From positions 167,742 to 231,741 of the forward strand of contig JAPLVC010000001.1 in the NCBI GenBank assembly GCA_026397315.1: DNA of 64,000 bases, in the 5' to 3' direction. The stretch is from Candidatus Aenigmatarchaeota archaeon (GTDB taxonomy: Archaea > Aenigmatarchaeota > Aenigmatarchaeia > QMZP01 > QMZT01). Made by a program: the position numbers and the translations under genes. The notes under the pieces were generated by a model, which saw only the letters and a program-made list of their open reading frames with translations, made no database searches and was not told the DNA's origin. This document shows positions 9,904 through 19,546 of the stretch, one piece after another. Position 1 is the first letter of the stretch. Each line of letters starts with the position of its first letter.

Positions 9904-10000
9904 AAGTTATATATTTAGGCGTAATATTTAAACTTTTCCTGCTTTTTTGCTTACCCTGGACGGCTGTGAAATTTATTAGCAGCGGATTCAATACGTTTAT

Positions 10001-10852
10001 ATGATTTTGCGCAAGAAGAAAAAACCGGCTTCTTCTGAAAAAATCAAGAAAGCCGAACCGGAAAAGGCGAAGCCCGTCGCTAGCGAGAAGCCGCTGTCTG
10101 CTAAGGCTAAGGAAAGCGAGAATTTCATAAAGACCGGCATAGAAGGCTTCGACGGCCTCATCGAGAAAGGCATACCTAAGGGGTCAGCGATACTCATAGC
10201 GGGCGGCGCAGGCTCGGGCAAGACCATCATGTGCCTCCAGATACTGGCGCACGCCGCCAAGAACGGCAAAAAGGGCTTTTACATGTCCTTCGAGGAGTCA
10301 GAATCGCGTCTTCGAAAACACATGGAGGATTTCGGGTGGAATGCGACTGAATACGAGAAGAAAGGCAATCTCGTGATAAAGAGGATGAGCTCATACGAGA
10401 TAGCGCGCGCGGTCGAGGGATTGCTAGCGAAGGAACGAGGCGAACTCCTTATCGACCTCGAGCCCATACTCCTGCCGGACAACTATAAACCAGACCTTGT
10501 GGTCATTGACTCGCTGAGCGCGATTGCTTCGTATTTCATGGGCAAGACCGGCCAATACAGGAGTTACGTCGAACAGTTATTCAGGTATTTCGAGCGCATG
10601 GGGACGACTTCATTCATGATAGCGGAAACGAAACAAATCCCTGAGGTATTCAGCCCGACGGGTGTGGAAGAGTTCCTGGCTGATGGAGTCGTCGTGTTAT
10701 ACAACATCCGCAAGGGCGACATACGCGAGAACGCGATAGAAATACTCAAGCTCCGTGGCACGAAGCACGTAAAAAAGATAGTCGCCATGCAGATAGTCGA
10801 CAATCAGGGCATAGCTGTCTACCCTGACCAGGAAGTCTTCGGCGGACTCTGA
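10001..10852 (+). CDS. Single-domain KaiC/RAD55-like ATPase with Lys-rich N-terminal extension
   Basis: KTGIEGFD, Walker A GGAGSGKT, SFEE, VVIDSLS, EEFLADG, LKLRG. Confidence 0.95.
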   Translation: MILRKKKKPASSEKIKKAEPEKAKPVASEKPLSAKAKESENFIKTGIEGFDGLIEKGIPKGSAILIAGGAGSGKTIMCLQILAHAAKNGKKGFYMSFEESESRLRKHMEDFGWNATEYEKKGNLVIKRMSSYEIARAVEGLLAKERGELLIDLEPILLPDNYKPDLVVIDSLSAIASYFMGKTGQYRSYVEQLFRYFERMGTTSFMIAETKQIPEVFSPTGVEEFLADGVVVLYNIRKGDIRENAIEILKLRGTKHVKKIVAMQIVDNQGIAVYPDQEVFGGL

Positions 10853-10879
10853 ATAATTTTTACAGTTTCTTTTCAAGTC

Positions 10880-11044
10880 TCAGTTCCAGACGACGCTGTC
10901 TTCCTGCTCGTTCTCGAGAACCAGGCCGAACGGCGTGAAGAAAGTCGAACATTTAGGACAGACGAACGCTTCCGGCGTTTTGTTCCATATCCTGCCGTGC
11001 GCCCCGCATACGGGACATTTCTCATCGAACATACTACAGACCAT
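10880..11044 (-). CDS. Zinc-ribbon microprotein (54 aa), absent from the ORF track
   Basis: Manual translation MVCSMFDEKCPVCGAHGRIWNKTPEAFVCPKCSTFFTPFGLVLENEQEDSVVWN; two CPxC motifs; GAGGGT upstream; alternative start 11032. Confidence 0.7.
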   Translation of the reverse strand: MVCSMFDEKCPVCGAHGRIWNKTPEAFVCPKCSTFFTPFGLVLENEQEDSVVWN

Positions 11045-11083
11045 ACCCTCAAACAGCCGTGTTACGAAAAATACGCTGTCAAT

Positions 11084-11482
11084 TTACTTTTTGTTGGCAA
11101 CTTTTATATTGTTTTTAACAGCGAACTCCATGATTGCAAAGCGCTTTCTCTTGCCGACAGTGCCGGCTATGACCGCCATGTCGTCCTTGCGGTTCAGTTT
11201 TTCCATGTCTTTCGTGTTCCTTACAAGGACTTCCCTGTAGCCCATCCTGTTAAGGCCGCGGACTGCGGCTGGCGAGCCGTATCCCACACGGGGAAGCGCT
11301 CCCCTGGCGACCTCGTGCTCGCGCTGCTTGGAATGTATGCCCCTCGGCTTGCGCCAATTGCGATCTAGCGTTTTCTTGCACCACCACTCCTGACGGAGGA
11401 ATGACGGTTTTCTCTTTTTCATCTTCCTGCGAATCGCTAGAAGTTCCTCTTTGGTTTTACCCGTCGCTTTTTCGTTGCTCAT
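11084..11482 (-). CDS. rpl32e: 50S ribosomal protein L32e
   Basis: KPSFLRQEW, WRKPRGIHSKQR, GYGSPAAVRGL. Confidence 0.97.
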   Translation of the reverse strand: MSNEKATGKTKEELLAIRRKMKKRKPSFLRQEWWCKKTLDRNWRKPRGIHSKQREHEVARGALPRVGYGSPAAVRGLNRMGYREVLVRNTKDMEKLNRKDDMAVIAGTVGKRKRFAIMEFAVKNNIKVANKK

Positions 11483-12018
11483 TCCTCTCCCTCCAGGTAT
11501 GGCTTCCTTGTTATGTAAAGGCCGTCTTGGAAAACACGCTTATCATAACCGCGTATCCTTGTCGTTTGCTCTATCCTGCCGCAAAGCTGGCCCACGCGCT
11601 CCTTGTCGTGGCCGGAGACTTTTATCAGGCTCTGGTCAAGTTCGACTTTTATGTCTGACGGTATCGGAACGCTCCTCGGGCTTTTCTCGCCCAGGAAGTT
11701 GTCGATGAGAAGTCGTCCCTTGTCGACCTTGAGCTTTATCGGGAAGTGCGAGTAGACGAGCTTCAGCTCGGCTTTCCAACTCTTCTCGGTTCCCTTGAAC
11801 ATGTTCCTGACGAGCGTCTCCCAGGTGGTGACTATCGCTCGCACCTTCTTCCTCTCGTTCGGGGACGTTATGACTATTTTGCTCCCTTCGAGGCTCATGC
11901 CGAGCATGGGGTTGACGAAGACCTTGCTCGCTTCGCCTTTCTTGCCCTTGACAGTCAGCCTTCCGTCCGCTAACGACACGTTCACTCCTGCCGGGATTTC
12001 TATCTCGTTCTTAAGCAT
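11479..12018 (-). CDS. rpl6: 50S ribosomal protein L6 (uL6)
   Basis: EIPAGV, YSHFPI, NFLGEK, DKRVFQDGLYI; ATG 12018 follows SD AGGTG. Confidence 0.97.
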   Translation of the reverse strand: MLKNEIEIPAGVNVSLADGRLTVKGKKGEASKVFVNPMLGMSLEGSKIVITSPNERKKVRAIVTTWETLVRNMFKGTEKSWKAELKLVYSHFPIKLKVDKGRLLIDNFLGEKSPRSVPIPSDIKVELDQSLIKVSGHDKERVGQLCGRIEQTTRIRGYDKRVFQDGLYITRKPYLEGEE

Positions 12019-12067
12019 AGGTTGCACCTGAAATATGAATATCTTTAGAAGGTAATATATTTAAGCG

Positions 12068-13327
12068 TTATTTCTTTTTCTTGGCAGCGGCTTTCTTCTT
12101 TTCCTTCGCTTTCGCCGGCTTTTCCTCTTTCTCTGCCTTCTTTTTTACGGGTTTCTCGGCTTTCTCTTCCTTCTTCTCGGCCTTCGTCTCCTCCGCCTCG
12201 TCTTCGGGCTGCTCCACCTTGACCTCAGGCATGCGCCCGACGAGCGTGAACGCTCCGGTGCCCATGGGTATGACCTGGTTCATGATGATGTTTTCCACAT
12301 GCCCCTTGAGCGGGTCGCGCATTCCTTCGATAGCCGCGGAGATGATGTGCTTCTTCGTCTCCTCGAAAGCCATTCTCGCAAGAACTGAGTCCTTGTTGCC
12401 TGCGATCCCGTATCGCCCGATGCCCATTATTTTGCCGCCGGATGTCATGAGATCGGCAAGCATTGAAACATAACGTATGTCGACACCGAGGCCCTGCTCC
12501 TCTATCGTGCCGACGGCTTCCTTGATTATCGAATTTCTCGCCGCTTCTACGCCAAAAACGTCGTATATCTCGAACGGGTTGTTACATGTCGTTCTTGTCG
12601 TGTCGACGCCCTCGATGGCGAGAACCTTGTGCAGGTTCGAGCCAAGCGTCGATATCACCCATTCGTCGCCCTCTTCTTTGCTGACGATGACGTGTGAAAT
12701 GTTTTTCACGCCCTTTATGTGGGTTTCCAGCAGCTTGTATTTCAGCTTGTGCAGGTTGACGTTGTCCGCCTTCTTTGGCATGATTATGAGTTCCTTGCCC
12801 TTCGCCTCGACGTCGATGTTCTTCAGCTTGACGTGTTTCGGAAGGTCCTTCATGTCGACGTCGAACTTCTTCAGCTTCTCGACATCCATATGGCATGTAA
12901 TGGTGAGGTTTATCAGGTCTATGACGTTGCTGAGGACGAAGTCCTTGAGCTTGACTTCCTTGATTTTCTTGGCTATCTCTATCGCTTTGGTCTCGCTGCC
13001 GTGCTCCGGATCGAGATATATGGTCATGCTCGGGGTCTCGGGCTCTTTCTTCGCATCGAAAATCTCGGCCAGACGCGGCAGGCCCAGCGTGACTTGTATG
13101 CCTGCGGTTCCTGCGAAGTGGTATGTTCGCATCGTCATCTGCGTCGCGGGCTCGGAAAGAGACTGGGCGCTCACGACTCCGACCGCTTCCTCAGGGTCAT
13201 ACATGGACATGCGGTAGAAATGCTTTACTTTTTCGACTATCTCGTGCTTCTTCTCGCTCTCGATGCCCTTCTTCTTGCAGTATTCATCGATTTCTTCCCT
13301 GATTTTCAGCGGCAGATCTGTCATCAT
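12068..13327 (-). CDS. rpoA2: DNA-directed RNA polymerase subunit A'' (Rpo1C)
   Basis: AQSLSEPATQMTMRTYHFAG, TLGLPRL, VLARMAFE; Lys/Glu-rich C-terminal tail. Confidence 0.97.
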   Translation of the reverse strand: MMTDLPLKIREEIDEYCKKKGIESEKKHEIVEKVKHFYRMSMYDPEEAVGVVSAQSLSEPATQMTMRTYHFAGTAGIQVTLGLPRLAEIFDAKKEPETPSMTIYLDPEHGSETKAIEIAKKIKEVKLKDFVLSNVIDLINLTITCHMDVEKLKKFDVDMKDLPKHVKLKNIDVEAKGKELIIMPKKADNVNLHKLKYKLLETHIKGVKNISHVIVSKEEGDEWVISTLGSNLHKVLAIEGVDTTRTTCNNPFEIYDVFGVEAARNSIIKEAVGTIEEQGLGVDIRYVSMLADLMTSGGKIMGIGRYGIAGNKDSVLARMAFEETKKHIISAAIEGMRDPLKGHVENIIMNQVIPMGTGAFTLVGRMPEVKVEQPEDEAEETKAEKKEEKAEKPVKKKAEKEEKPAKAKEKKKAAAKKKK

Positions 13328-13329
13328 AA

Positions 13330-15828
13330 TCACCCGTGCTCCACGAAGTCAATCCAGTTCAGCTTGCCCCAGTCCGATTTGGACGGGTCGATGCCGTCGT
13401 CGCCCACGAAGAACTGTATTATGTTGCCGTTCGAGTCGCGCACGCTCATGTCTCCGCAGACCTTGAGGTCCTGCAGCGAATTCATCAGTCGTCGCTGCAT
13501 GTAACCCGACTTTCTCGTACGCAGTGACTTGTCCATCAGGCCTTCTCGTCCGTTCATGACGTTCCAGAAGAACTCGAAAGGCGTCAGCCCCTGCTTGAAT
13601 CCTCTCGCTACGAAGCCCCTGGTAGCGGCTGAAAGGTCACCCACTTTGAAGTGCGTCGTCGTGCGTCCGAGATAGCCGCGCTGTATGCGTTTTCCGAGGA
13701 TGGTCTCGGAGCCTACGCACGCGGACATCTGGGTCGTGTTGATGTTCGAACCCTTCGCGCCGGACTGCGACATCACGAGGATGTCGCTCGGCCTGATGTT
13801 TTTTATCATGATCTCGCTGACCGTGTTGAGACCCTCGGCCAGCGTGGAAAGTATCTGTGTCTCTAACGAATCTTCGGGCGTCATGCCCGGAAGAACCTTG
13901 AGCTTGTCCTCGTTGAACTTGATTACAAGCTTGTCGGCGTCTTTCATGGACGTCTGTATCTCTTCGCTTATGATGTTCTCGATCCTTGTCGGGACGTCGA
14001 GATCCGAGATGCCTATGGAGAAGCCCCTCATCATGAGATACGATACGCCAAGCCTGCCGAGCCTGTCGATGAAGTTCTTCAGTTCATCGTCAGCGACGAG
14101 CCGCCTGATCTTGTTGAGCATCTTGCCCTTGAACGCGCCTGCAGCTCTCGTGTCTAGCACGCCCGTCTTCAGCACGCCGTCTTTGATAGAAACCCACATG
14201 TCGTGCTTGCATTCATCTTTAAGGCACTTGTCGCATTCCTTGCACGCATTGGCCTTGAAGTACATGTTGAGCTTCTTGGGCAGAAGCAGACTGACTATGT
14301 CCTTGCCCGTGAACGTATCCTTGTCGGGCAGCTCGATGTCTATCGCCGCCCTTGAGAAAAGCTCCGCAGTCTCTTTCCTGCCGAGAACTGTTTCCTTGCT
14401 TGTGAGAAGGAACAGGCCGGATATGTGGTCCAGGTCGAGACCGACAAGCGGGCCGCCGAACCTCGGTGAGATGATGTTGTTCTTGACTTCCATGAGCATT
14501 GACGCTTCGACCTGCGCTTCCTCCGACTGCAGCGCGTGTATGTTCATCTCGTCGCCGTCGAAGTCTGCGTTGTACGGAGCGCATACGCTCGGGTTCATGC
14601 GGAACGTCCTGTACGGCATGACCTTTACCCTGTGAACCATTATAGAAACCCTGTGCAGCGAGGGCTGCCTGTTGAAAAGCACGACATCGCCATCTTTCAG
14701 CTGCCTGTCCACGCTCCAGCCAATCGCGAGGTTGGTTATTATGTCTTTCCTGTTTTCATCCGTAACTTTTATCTTGCGGCCGTCAGGCCTTGTGATGTAG
14801 TTGACCCTGCCGTCCTTTATCAGCTCTTTTATGTTCTTGGCATTGAGCGTGGTGATGGTCTCGGGAATCGTGAGCTCTCTGGCGACTTCGACCGCGGGTA
14901 TGCCGACCTCGTTTATCGAGAGTGTCGGATCGGGTGATATGACCGTGCGCGAGGAATAGTTTACCCTCTTTCCCAAGAGGTTGCCGCGTATGCGCCCTTC
15001 CTTAGCTTTCAGCCTCTGTATTATGCCTTTCAGCGGTCGGCCTGAACGATGTCTCGCCTGCGGGATGCCTGTAAGCTCGTTGTCGAAATACGTCGCGACA
15101 TGATACTGCAGCAGTTCCCAGAGGTCGTTGAGAATGAATTCCGGCGCGCCGATGTCTATGTTCTCCTTCAGCGACTGGTTTATGCGGACGATGTCGACAA
15201 GCTTGTGCGTTAGATCGTCTTCGGAGCGCTCTCCAGTCTCGAGGGTAATGCTCGGTCTCATCGTGACCGGAGGGATGGGGAATAACGTAAGCGTGAGCCA
15301 TTCAGGACGTCCGCCGCGGAAGCCGATTTTCTGTAGATCCTCGCCTTTTACGCGCTCGAACCATTCCCTTATCTGCATGGGGTTGAGCTCTTCCTTGCCG
15401 AGATAATAAGTGTAAGGCTTGGCGAACGTGACTTTGCCCTGCTGTTTGTCGCAGTGGGTGCATTTCCTCATCGGCGCCTTTGCAACCTGGTCCAGCGAGA
15501 TGGGATTCCTGTGAAGGATGTGCCCGCATTTGGAGCACGAGGCCTTAAGCAACTGGTAAATCTGCTTGGTGTACATGACATGTATGACCGGCCTTGCCAG
15601 CTCCACGTAACCGAAGTGGCCAACGCAGTCGCCTATCGTGCTGCCGCATGTCCTGCAACGGAGACCTGGATCGACGACGCCCATTCTCGGGTCCATCGCT
15701 CCTCCGTCGACCGGGTAGCCGTCCGCATCGTATAAATCGGACGTCACTATTCGCACAGTCGCTAGCGACTTGACCATGCTCGGTGAGAGCAGGCCGAAAT
15801 CAATCGAATTGATTTTTGACAAAGTCAT
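13330..15828 (-). CDS. rpoA1: DNA-directed RNA polymerase subunit A' (Rpo1N)
   Basis: Catalytic YNADFDGDEMN, LFNRQPSLH, GNLLGKRV, N-terminal Zn motifs. Confidence 0.98.
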   Translation of the reverse strand: MTLSKINSIDFGLLSPSMVKSLATVRIVTSDLYDADGYPVDGGAMDPRMGVVDPGLRCRTCGSTIGDCVGHFGYVELARPVIHVMYTKQIYQLLKASCSKCGHILHRNPISLDQVAKAPMRKCTHCDKQQGKVTFAKPYTYYLGKEELNPMQIREWFERVKGEDLQKIGFRGGRPEWLTLTLFPIPPVTMRPSITLETGERSEDDLTHKLVDIVRINQSLKENIDIGAPEFILNDLWELLQYHVATYFDNELTGIPQARHRSGRPLKGIIQRLKAKEGRIRGNLLGKRVNYSSRTVISPDPTLSINEVGIPAVEVARELTIPETITTLNAKNIKELIKDGRVNYITRPDGRKIKVTDENRKDIITNLAIGWSVDRQLKDGDVVLFNRQPSLHRVSIMVHRVKVMPYRTFRMNPSVCAPYNADFDGDEMNIHALQSEEAQVEASMLMEVKNNIISPRFGGPLVGLDLDHISGLFLLTSKETVLGRKETAELFSRAAIDIELPDKDTFTGKDIVSLLLPKKLNMYFKANACKECDKCLKDECKHDMWVSIKDGVLKTGVLDTRAAGAFKGKMLNKIRRLVADDELKNFIDRLGRLGVSYLMMRGFSIGISDLDVPTRIENIISEEIQTSMKDADKLVIKFNEDKLKVLPGMTPEDSLETQILSTLAEGLNTVSEIMIKNIRPSDILVMSQSGAKGSNINTTQMSACVGSETILGKRIQRGYLGRTTTHFKVGDLSAATRGFVARGFKQGLTPFEFFWNVMNGREGLMDKSLRTRKSGYMQRRLMNSLQDLKVCGDMSVRDSNGNIIQFFVGDDGIDPSKSDWGKLNWIDFVEHG

Positions 15829-15837
15829 AATGACACC

Positions 15838-17640
15838 TCAAACTTCCACGACGTTCAGCTTCGGGTAGACACCGAGCGATTTCAGCTCGTCCATCGTCAG
15901 CTTGAACGCGTACGAAGTGCTGACCCACAGGATTTTCGAATCCTTGCACACGGGACAGTAAGTCTTGTTCTTCGCCTTGTCGTTTATCGCTATAAGGCCG
16001 CACGACTGGCAGATGGGAAGCGACGTTTCGTCGGAGTTGAAGCGTTCCTTGAGTGTAAGCGCTGCGCCGTGCCCTACCAGGCACTGCTGCTCCATCTCGC
16101 CGAGACGAAGCCCGCCGCGCTTCGAGCGGCCCTCGGTCGGCTGTCTCGTAAGAAGCGTTACCGGTCCTTTCGAGCGTGCGTGTATCTTGTCCGCGACCAT
16201 GTGGTCCAGCTTCATGTAGTATGCTATTCCCGTGAAAATCATAACCTCGAATTTCTTGCCCGTGCGTCCGTCGTATAACGTTTCTTTCCCGTCGTCGCGG
16301 AAGCCGAGCTTCTTCAGCTCTTTCCTTATGTTCTCTTCCCTGGTTCCGGAGAAAGCGGACGAGTCGATTTTTTCACCAGCGATTGAGCCGTATTTGCCCG
16401 AAAGCAGCTCAAGCAGCTGGCTGACGGTCATACGAGATGGAATGCCGTGCGGGTTGAACAATAAGTCAGGCACGATGCCTTCCTTAGTGAATGGCATGTC
16501 CTCCTGCGGCACGAGCAACGCCGTTACGCCTTTCTGCCCGTGCCTCGTGGCGAACTTGTCTCCAAGCTCCGGTATGCGCTCGTCCCTTGTCCTTATCTTG
16601 AAAAGCTGCTCACCGCTCACCGTCTCGCTTATCAGCACGCGATCGATTATGCCGCGCTCGCCGTAGCGTATCGTGACCGACGATTCTCGCTTGTTTTCAA
16701 TATCAGTCGTGAAATCGCCACCCGTCAGGAAACGGAGCGGTGAAGTCTTGCTTACAAGGACCGAATCCGATTCGACGTTGGTCTCCGGGTTGATTACGCC
16801 GTCTTCAGGGATGTCCTTGTAGGCTTCCTCGCCCCTGTATCCCTTTATGCCCGGCTCGGGGATCGCTATAACGTCTTCCTGGCCGCCCCAGTAGCGTTTT
16901 CGAATGGTTTCATAAGTCCTGAAGTAGAATGAGCGGAACATGCCGCGATCGACGGAACCTTTGTTGAGCACGACTGCGTCGTTCATGTTGAAGCCGTCCC
17001 AGCACATGACCGCGACCACGATATTCTGGCCGTATGGATGCTGCTTGAGAATCTTGTCCGTCGCCGTATCTACGAGCGGCATTTGCGCGTAAGTGAGGAC
17101 GTTGAACTTCGTGTCCGTCCTGACCTGGAAGTTGTCTATGGGCGCGCCTATCGCCTGTCCGACCATCTTCGCTCCGTAGTTGACGCGGTCGCCACGGTTG
17201 TATTCAGGGAATGGCGTAAGGCTTGCTGAAATGCCAAGTATGAGAAGCGGGTTTATCTCCGCGTGCGTGTGCTCTTTGTTGACTTTTTCTATGTCGATTG
17301 CTATGTAACTGTTTTCTTCCTCTTCAGCGTCTACGTATTCGATTATGCCGTGCTTGACCAGGAAGCTCCAGTTTATCTTGCCGGCCTTGAGCTTTTCGAT
17401 GTGTTCCTTCGTAAGCTTCGGCTTGCCATCCTCCACGACGACGAGCGGCCTTCTGGCGCGTCCCGAATCGGTGTTTATCCTTATCTCGCCGAACTCGGTG
17501 TGATAAGAAACATTCATCTGGTCGGGCAGTATGCCGTGCCTTCTCTTCTTCCTCAAATCTTCGACTACATCCTCCGGCTTGTCCGTCGTGCCGACGAAAT
17601 CGCCGTTGAAATATATGTCAGCTTCTGATTTGCCTTTCAT
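15838..17640 (-). CDS. rpoB1: DNA-directed RNA polymerase subunit B' (Rpo2C)
   Basis: GDKFATRHGQKG, NPHGIPSRMT, GGLRLGEME. Confidence 0.98.
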   Translation of the reverse strand: MKGKSEADIYFNGDFVGTTDKPEDVVEDLRKKRRHGILPDQMNVSYHTEFGEIRINTDSGRARRPLVVVEDGKPKLTKEHIEKLKAGKINWSFLVKHGIIEYVDAEEEENSYIAIDIEKVNKEHTHAEINPLLILGISASLTPFPEYNRGDRVNYGAKMVGQAIGAPIDNFQVRTDTKFNVLTYAQMPLVDTATDKILKQHPYGQNIVVAVMCWDGFNMNDAVVLNKGSVDRGMFRSFYFRTYETIRKRYWGGQEDVIAIPEPGIKGYRGEEAYKDIPEDGVINPETNVESDSVLVSKTSPLRFLTGGDFTTDIENKRESSVTIRYGERGIIDRVLISETVSGEQLFKIRTRDERIPELGDKFATRHGQKGVTALLVPQEDMPFTKEGIVPDLLFNPHGIPSRMTVSQLLELLSGKYGSIAGEKIDSSAFSGTREENIRKELKKLGFRDDGKETLYDGRTGKKFEVMIFTGIAYYMKLDHMVADKIHARSKGPVTLLTRQPTEGRSKRGGLRLGEMEQQCLVGHGAALTLKERFNSDETSLPICQSCGLIAINDKAKNKTYCPVCKDSKILWVSTSYAFKLTMDELKSLGVYPKLNVVEV

Positions 17641-19115
17641 TTCTTTCCACCCTGCTTTTCTCCATGCAAAAGATTAAGTATGTTGTCGTCTTCCTCTTTC
17701 GATACGCCTGGCGTTATTTCCGTCAGCAGCGCCAAATGCTTTCGAAGCCCGATTGAGCTGCCTTCTGGCGTTTCGGCCGGGCACAAGCGACCCCATTCGG
17801 TCGGATGAATCTGCCTCGCCTTGAAATGCTCCTGCGTTGGCGTCAGGGGCGAGAGAACCGAACGCAAGTGAGAAACCGTCTTTATGTAAGAACTTCTGTC
17901 CAGGCGCTGCGATACGCCAGTGCGCCCGCCTATCCACGTTCCGGTCGCCAGCGACGAAAGAATCTGCTTCGTCACGGTGTTTGCCTCTATTATTGACTGG
18001 ACTGACGGGAACTTGCCTCTCTTGACAAGTTTCTGGTAGTTGTAAGTCATCTTCGCTATAAGGCCCCATCGTCCCAGAAGTATGGAGCGGAACAACTGCC
18101 CGAACAGTTCGCCAGACATTAGTAACCGCTTGTTCGAGTAGTGGTCTATGTCATCCTCTGGTGAGAGATCGAGTCTTATGTATATGCACTTCCTGATTAT
18201 CCTCGCCAGGTATTTGCTCTTCCTTATCCTGTCGCCTACCTCCTGGCCCAGATGGGGCAGCAGGTAGCGGTCAAGGATCTGGTTTACCCTTTCATCTATG
18301 TAATCTTTGGTAACCTTGAGTTTCTTGCCTATGTAATCGACCGCTTCCTCCGTCGTTATGACGTCGGTCTCGTAAAGGTTCGTGTAGAACTCGTTAAGAA
18401 TCTTGTCTTCCCTCGAGACGAGGTCGCAAAGTTCCTTGTCGTTCTCCAGGCCCAGCGCCTTCATGAGGACGACTATCGGCAGCTTCTTGATGTTGGCAAA
18501 CGAGATGGTTATTTCTCCGTCGGGCTTCATTTCGACCAGGTGACGCTGCTTGAATCCCGACTTCTCGGAGTTTATCCTCACGGACACGCCGCTGTTTTCG
18601 GTTTTCTCGAAAATCGGCTTGTTCGAAGTGATTTCCTCGATTAAAACCAGCACGCGTTCGGTACCATTGACGACGAAGTATCCCCCAGGGTCGGTCGGGT
18701 CTTCGCCCGCGGCGATCAGCTCTTCGTCAGAGATGCCGGTAAGGTTGCATATCTTGGATTTGACCATGACGGGCAGGTCGCCTACGTGGACCGTTTCCGA
18801 CTTCTCCTGCACGCCGTTGAAAATGGGAGTGAGTTTGACGTAAATGGGCGCCATGTAGTTCAGGTTGCGTATTCTCGCCTCGTTCGGGTATATCGCTCTG
18901 CTCGAGCCGTCCGCTTCGTGGACGACGGGCTTGCCCAAAGCGACCTCGCCGAACTTTATCTTCAGGTCTTCCTTGTCCTGCACGACGCGAATGGTGCCGA
19001 CCTCATTTATGATTTTCTGCAGGCCGAAGTCAATGAAGTTATTGAAAGACTCGACCTGATATCGCACCCATTCCTTTTCCTTCCCGAAACCGCCAACTAT
19101 AGTGACAACCGACAT
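17637..19115 (-). CDS. rpoB2: DNA-directed RNA polymerase subunit B'' (Rpo2N)
   Basis: PNEARIRNLNY, DPGGYFVVNGTERV, GRLCPAETPEG. Confidence 0.97.
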   Translation of the reverse strand: MSVVTIVGGFGKEKEWVRYQVESFNNFIDFGLQKIINEVGTIRVVQDKEDLKIKFGEVALGKPVVHEADGSSRAIYPNEARIRNLNYMAPIYVKLTPIFNGVQEKSETVHVGDLPVMVKSKICNLTGISDEELIAAGEDPTDPGGYFVVNGTERVLVLIEEITSNKPIFEKTENSGVSVRINSEKSGFKQRHLVEMKPDGEITISFANIKKLPIVVLMKALGLENDKELCDLVSREDKILNEFYTNLYETDVITTEEAVDYIGKKLKVTKDYIDERVNQILDRYLLPHLGQEVGDRIRKSKYLARIIRKCIYIRLDLSPEDDIDHYSNKRLLMSGELFGQLFRSILLGRWGLIAKMTYNYQKLVKRGKFPSVQSIIEANTVTKQILSSLATGTWIGGRTGVSQRLDRSSYIKTVSHLRSVLSPLTPTQEHFKARQIHPTEWGRLCPAETPEGSSIGLRKHLALLTEITPGVSKEEDDNILNLLHGEKQGGKK

Positions 19116-19120
19116 ACAAA

Positions 19121-19366
19121 TCACACAACTAGCCTGTAATAAACGTATTCTCCGGCGACTTCGGATTTTCTCTTTATCTCGAGGATGTCGCCCTTCTTGG
19201 CCTCGATATTCGTGACTATGGGATCAACCTGAAGAATTTTAGGTAATTTTTCTTTCGTGGTTTTGAGTTTTTCGAGAAGCCTCGCCTTCTCCTCGTCTGA
19301 AAGGACCCTGAATTTAGGAACTAGGACATGTTCTAAAATGTTAATGCAATCACCCTTTAAACTCAC
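19121..19366 (-). CDS. rpoH: DNA-directed RNA polymerase subunit H (Rpo5)
   Basis: HVLVPK, LPKI...DP, RKSEVAGEYVYYRLVV; start codon uncertain. Confidence 0.95.
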   Translation of the reverse strand: MSLKGDCINILEHVLVPKFRVLSDEEKARLLEKLKTTKEKLPKILQVDPIVTNIEAKKGDILEIKRKSEVAGEYVYYRLVV

Positions 19367-19546
19367 AAGGCTTAGCAGCCGTAGAGGAGTTTTAAGTTTT
19401 TAATGGGTATAGTATGGTGTAGGCGTGGTTCGATAACTAAAATAGATAAACTTGTTATTTAAATACTTTTCGGCTTTTGTCGTCTTTTTCCGGCCAAAAA
19501 GGCAAAAAACCGGATTTTCAGGGGTTTTGGAGAAAAAAAGAGGGAG

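Noticed and set aside
8889-10852. Circadian KaiABC clock
   Set aside because: Single-domain KaiC-like proteins with no kaiA or kaiB; better read as generic archaeal signalling ATPases.
15838-19115. Split rpoB as a frameshift or pseudogene
   Set aside because: The B''/B' split with ATGA coupling is a normal arrangement in many archaea; both parts retain conserved motifs.
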